Of a DNA stretch of 38,395 bases, positions 34,756 to 38,395 are shown piece by piece. The stretch spans positions 1 through 38,395 of the forward strand of contig PFMD01000028.1 of assembly GCA_002784945.1 (NCBI GenBank), read 5' to 3'. The stretch's first letter is position 1, and each line of letters opens with the position of its first letter. The notes beneath the pieces are model-generated. The model worked only from the letters and a program-made list of their open reading frames with translations. It had not been told where the DNA came from and searched no databases. The position numbers and the translations under genes were made by a program. Source of the stretch: Candidatus Kerfeldbacteria bacterium CG_4_10_14_0_8_um_filter_42_10 (GTDB taxonomy: Bacteria; Patescibacteriota; Patescibacteriia; UM-FILTER-42-10).

Positions 34756-35733
34756 ATGGAAATAACTACCCTTCCCTACTTTTTTATTGCTACCGTAATT
34801 ATTATTGGCATTGGGATCGCCGTCTGGCTTAACCAAAGAGCTTCTTCCGGAAACAAGGGATCAATGCTTGAGAAGTACTCCCGCGATCTTACCAAGCTTT
34901 CCGAAGAGGGCGAGCTTGATCCGGTAATCGGACGCTTTCACGAAATCAAAAGAGTGATTCAAATTTTGTCGCGCCGGACCAAAAACAATCCCGTTTTGAT
35001 CGGAGTTTCGGGAGTGGGTAAAACCGCCATAGTCGAGGAACTGGCCAATCAAATTCAACACGGCAATGTGCCGGATTCTTTGAAAAATAAGCGGGTTCTG
35101 GCTTTGGATCTTTCGGGACTAGTGGCCGGCACCAAGTACCGCGGAGAATTCGAACAGCGCTTGAAAAGCGTGGTGGATGAGATTAAAATAGCTAAGCGGA
35201 ATATTATTCTATTCATTGACGAGCTGCAAACTTTGGCCGAAGCCGGGGAAGCCACTGGCGCCATTGACGCTTCGGATATTCTTAAGCCGGCCCTGGCGCG
35301 CGGAGAGCTGCAGGCCGTGGGAGCGACCACTGAAGAAGAGTACAATAAATTCATCAAGACCGATCCGACCTTAGAAAGAAGATTCCAGCCGGTAATGGTA
35401 AAGGAACCGACTTACAACGAAACCCTGAAAATTTTAAAAGGAATCAGAAGAAAATATGAAGAGCACCACCGGGTTAAGATAACGGACGAAGCCATAAACG
35501 CTGCCGTTAAGCTGGCCGATGAATATCTTAAGGACCGCTATTTTCCCGATAAGGCAATCGATTTAATGGATGAATCGGCGGCGAAAGTACGCCTTTCCGT
35601 CGTTACTAATCCAGAAGAATATGAGGATAAGAATCCGACGGTAACGGGCAAAGATGTTGAAGAAGTAATCAATGAATGGACCAATGAATTGATCAGTTAC
35701 TCTTCTAAAAAACCTGAATCCAAACAAGCCTAG
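34756..35733 (+). CDS. ClpA/B/C NBD1-only AAA+ ATPase with N-terminal TM helix
   Basis: [62 protein letters not shown]; no NBD2. Confidence 0.88.
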   Translation: MEITTLPYFFIATVIIIGIGIAVWLNQRASSGNKGSMLEKYSRDLTKLSEEGELDPVIGRFHEIKRVIQILSRRTKNNPVLIGVSGVGKTAIVEELANQIQHGNVPDSLKNKRVLALDLSGLVAGTKYRGEFEQRLKSVVDEIKIAKRNIILFIDELQTLAEAGEATGAIDASDILKPALARGELQAVGATTEEEYNKFIKTDPTLERRFQPVMVKEPTYNETLKILKGIRRKYEEHHRVKITDEAINAAVKLADEYLKDRYFPDKAIDLMDESAAKVRLSVVTNPEEYEDKNPTVTGKDVEEVINEWTNELISYSSKKPESKQA

Positions 35734-35752
35734 GTATTAAAATCCCCTTTCT

Positions 35753-35782
35753 AAAAAACAGCATGGCAATTCATGCTTTTTT
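35753..35782 (+). terminator. putative terminator
   Basis: AGCATG-GCAATT-CATGCT followed by T tract. Confidence 0.5.
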
Positions 35783-35811
35783 ATTACTCCGAATTGTAGT
35801 AAAATAAACCC

Positions 35812-37194
35812 ATGACTGAAATATGCTTTTACAATACCCTCGCCCGCAAAAAAGAAGGGTTTAAACCAATTAAAAAAGGATTGGTTGGTTTATATACTTG
35901 CGGTCCTACCGTTTACAACTACGCTCATATTGGAAATTTAAGAACCTATGTTTTTGAAGATGTGCTGCGAAGGACTTTGGAATACAACGGATTGAAGGTA
36001 AAGCACGTCATGAACATCACGGACGTCGGTCATTTAACTTCTGATGCCGACACCGGCGAGGATAAAGTGGAAAAAGAAGCACGAAAAGAAAATAAATCAG
36101 CCTGGGACATCACTGATTATTACGCCGGCGTTTTCAAGAAGAATTTGCAGGAACTGAATATTAAACCTCCCGCGATCTGGTGCAAAGCGACCGATCACAT
36201 CAAAGAACAAATTGCCCTGGTAAAAAAGCTGGAAAAAAAAGGATTCACTTACCGCACTGGCGACGGCATTTATTTTAATACCGCGAAACTGAAAGACTAC
36301 GGCAAGTTGGCCAGGCTCGACGTAAGAGGCTTAAAAGCCGGCGCGCGCGTTGCGTTAAAAGACGAGAAAAAGAATTTGACTGATTTTGCCTTATGGAAAT
36401 TTTCACCGAAAGATTCCAAAAGGCAAATGGAATGGGATTCTCCCTGGGGATTGGGCTTTCCGGGCTGGCACCTGGAATGCTCCGCTATGTCCACTAAATA
36501 CTTGGGCCAGCCGTTTGACCTTCATACCGGCGGAGTGGATCATATTTCCGTGCACCACACCAATGAAATAGCCCAGAGCGAAGCCGCTAATGGAAAAACT
36601 TTGGCAAATTACTGGCTGCACGGAGAGTTTTTAATCATCCAAGACCAGAAAATGGCCAAATCGGAACAGAACTTTATCACTTTAGCTACCCTAAAAAATA
36701 AGGGGATCAATCCTATCGCCTATCGCTATTTGATTTTGACTTCGCATTACCGCTCCAAGCTGAACTTCAGCTGGAAAAGCTTGGCCGCGGCGGAATCGGC
36801 CTTAAAAAGCATTTACCATCAAGTGGAACAGTTCGATAATCCTAAAGTGGGTTGCGCCGAGCTGGAACAGAAATTCATTAAGGCGATTAACAATGATTTG
36901 GACACTCCTCAAGCAGTGGCGATCCTCTGGGAACTATTGAAATCAAACTATCCCACCAGCGCCAAAAAGAAAACTTTACTGGAGTTTGACCGCGTATTGG
37001 GCTTAGGATTAGACCAAATTGAGAAACAAAAGTTATCCCTTCCGAAAGCGGTAAGCAAGTTAGCCCAAGCTCGGGAGAATGCCCGAAAAAAGCAGGATTT
37101 TTCCAGGGCCGATTCCTTAAGGAAAGAGATTGAAAAACTGGGGTTTAAGGTTGAGGATACTAAAGACGGATTAACCATCACTAAGAAAGATTAA
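35812..37194 (+). CDS. cysS: cysteine--tRNA ligase
   Basis: [34 protein letters not shown]. Confidence 0.98.
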   Translation: MTEICFYNTLARKKEGFKPIKKGLVGLYTCGPTVYNYAHIGNLRTYVFEDVLRRTLEYNGLKVKHVMNITDVGHLTSDADTGEDKVEKEARKENKSAWDITDYYAGVFKKNLQELNIKPPAIWCKATDHIKEQIALVKKLEKKGFTYRTGDGIYFNTAKLKDYGKLARLDVRGLKAGARVALKDEKKNLTDFALWKFSPKDSKRQMEWDSPWGLGFPGWHLECSAMSTKYLGQPFDLHTGGVDHISVHHTNEIAQSEAANGKTLANYWLHGEFLIIQDQKMAKSEQNFITLATLKNKGINPIAYRYLILTSHYRSKLNFSWKSLAAAESALKSIYHQVEQFDNPKVGCAELEQKFIKAINNDLDTPQAVAILWELLKSNYPTSAKKKTLLEFDRVLGLGLDQIEKQKLSLPKAVSKLAQARENARKKQDFSRADSLRKEIEKLGFKVEDTKDGLTITKKD

Positions 37195-37754
37195 TGCTAT
37201 CAGTCGATCACCTTATTTTTTGGGGATTTTACAACGCCTTACCCCACCTTCCGATTTTTAATGCTTTCTTTACTTTCATTTCTTATTTAGGATACCCCAA
37301 CTTGATCTGGGTTCCTTTAGTGATCGGTTTTCTTTTGTTTCACCATCAAAAAAGAGGATGGATCTTGCTGGAAGCGGTTTTTGCCATAGGGATCGGCGTG
37401 GTGTTAAATGAATACCTGATTAAGGAGATTTTTGTCCGACTGCGTCCGTTTGAAGTTTTTGCTAATCTTTCATCGCTGGATCCGACGGCAGCCGGGTTTT
37501 CTTTTCCCTCTTCCCACGCCGTGGCCGCTTTAAGCTTAGCCACGGTAATCGCCTTGTCCACCAAGAATACTAAGATCCAGGCACTGGCGGCAATTTATGC
37601 CATCTTGGTATGCTTTTCCCGAATTTATTTGGGTGTTCATTTTCCGCTGGATGTAATCGCCGGAGCGCTGTTGGGAATATTATTGGGCTGGCTTTCTTCT
37701 TACTTTCTTCCCCATTTCTATAAATCCCTTTTTCACAAAGAAGGGCATTTCTAA
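37194..37754 (+). CDS. PAP2 family phosphatase (undecaprenyl-PP phosphatase-like)
   Basis: K......RP, SFPSSH, SRIYLGVHFPLD. Confidence 0.92.
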   Translation: MLSVDHLIFWGFYNALPHLPIFNAFFTFISYLGYPNLIWVPLVIGFLLFHHQKRGWILLEAVFAIGIGVVLNEYLIKEIFVRLRPFEVFANLSSLDPTAAGFSFPSSHAVAALSLATVIALSTKNTKIQALAAIYAILVCFSRIYLGVHFPLDVIAGALLGILLGWLSSYFLPHFYKSLFHKEGHF

Positions 37755-37762
37755 ACAAAATT

Positions 37763-37794
37763 AAGAAGGCGCGATTCGCGAATCGCGCCTTCTT
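37763..37794. repeat. perfect 32-bp palindrome, probable bidirectional terminator
   Basis: AAGAAGGCGCGATTCG|CGAATCGCGCCTTCTT between convergent genes. Confidence 0.9.
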
Positions 37795-37800
37795 TTGGTT

Positions 37801-38370
37801 TTAAATATCGTATTTGAATTTTTTCTTATTGGAAGCTCCCCCTTTAAGCAGAATCATCAAAAGAATCGGTGCCACAATCCAGATAAAGCGGCCCACTTCC
37901 GAAACAAAAATGGTTTGGGTGGACGGAGCCAGGTGTCCGGCGGCCGATTCGGGTAAAAACGACAAGGTAATGCTGATCAGCAACCCGACATGCAGAATAC
38001 TAAAGACAATCACCTGCCACCATTTGCCTCGATCATCTGAACTGGCCACGGTAGCGAGTAGTGCGGACCGGGAAAGCAAAAAGAATAGAAACACGAAAAT
38101 GGCCACAAAGGCGGTAATCCGCACGACAAAAAACTGATTGATCCCTACTTCGGTGTTCACATCATTAATGTAAGGCGCGGTATTGACCACGGCCAGGGCC
38201 ATATAAATACTGACCAAAATTACGATAATCCGGTCTCGGCCCAAGGACATGCCGTAAAGCAAAGCGGCGACCACAAAAAATAGGATAATAAACATATCCC
38301 AGGTGGGTTTTGACCAGTCAAAATTGGCGATCCAGGTACCGGTATTGGCGGCAACTGTAGCAAAAATCAT
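37801..38370 (-). CDS. hypothetical multi-pass membrane protein (about 5 TM)
   Basis: 189-aa hydrophobic ORF. Confidence 0.8.
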   Translation of the reverse strand: MIFATVAANTGTWIANFDWSKPTWDMFIILFFVVAALLYGMSLGRDRIIVILVSIYMALAVVNTAPYINDVNTEVGINQFFVVRITAFVAIFVFLFFLLSRSALLATVASSDDRGKWWQVIVFSILHVGLLISITLSFLPESAAGHLAPSTQTIFVSEVGRFIWIVAPILLMILLKGGASNKKKFKYDI

Positions 38371-38395
38371 TTGTTTCCTCCGTTATTTATCTTTA

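Overview
Chromosomal window from a low-to-moderate GC bacterium, most likely a Patescibacteria/CPR (Parcubacteria-like) genome. That assignment is inferred from the gene content (solitary VirD4/TrwB-like ATPase, CxxC-x17-CxxC protein, AT-rich SD-less core genes). About 36 CDSs are recognisable: guaA/guaB, a purine-type amidohydrolase, queG, VIT1, idi, patatin, cbiM and ZIP transporters, two membrane-anchored SAM methyltransferases, a DUF559 nuclease, a K+-independent H+-PPase, typA, a high-GC pepT, a DEAD-box helicase, dnaX, corA, a membrane-anchored single-domain Clp ATPase, cysS and PAP2. There is also a tRNA-Gln(CTG). The most interesting signal is intergenic. (i) Two miniature inverted-repeat elements share the architecture T(A/G)AA|TCCC...GGGA|T(A/G)AA and sit exactly in the corA start codon and the typA stop codon; the first creates an ORF translationally coupled to corA. 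(ii) Two free-standing promoter-to-terminator structured RNA candidates (about 277 and 193 nt) and a four-way-junction 5' leader match no family I recognise. (iii) A DUF559 cassette is bounded by 44-bp hairpin direct repeats. (iv) There are dispersed inverted 7/8-mer arrays and loop-less palindromes. (v) Apparently leaderless core genes contrast with SD-led orphan genes that carry their own promoter and terminator. All calls were made by eye; no searches or folding programs were run.
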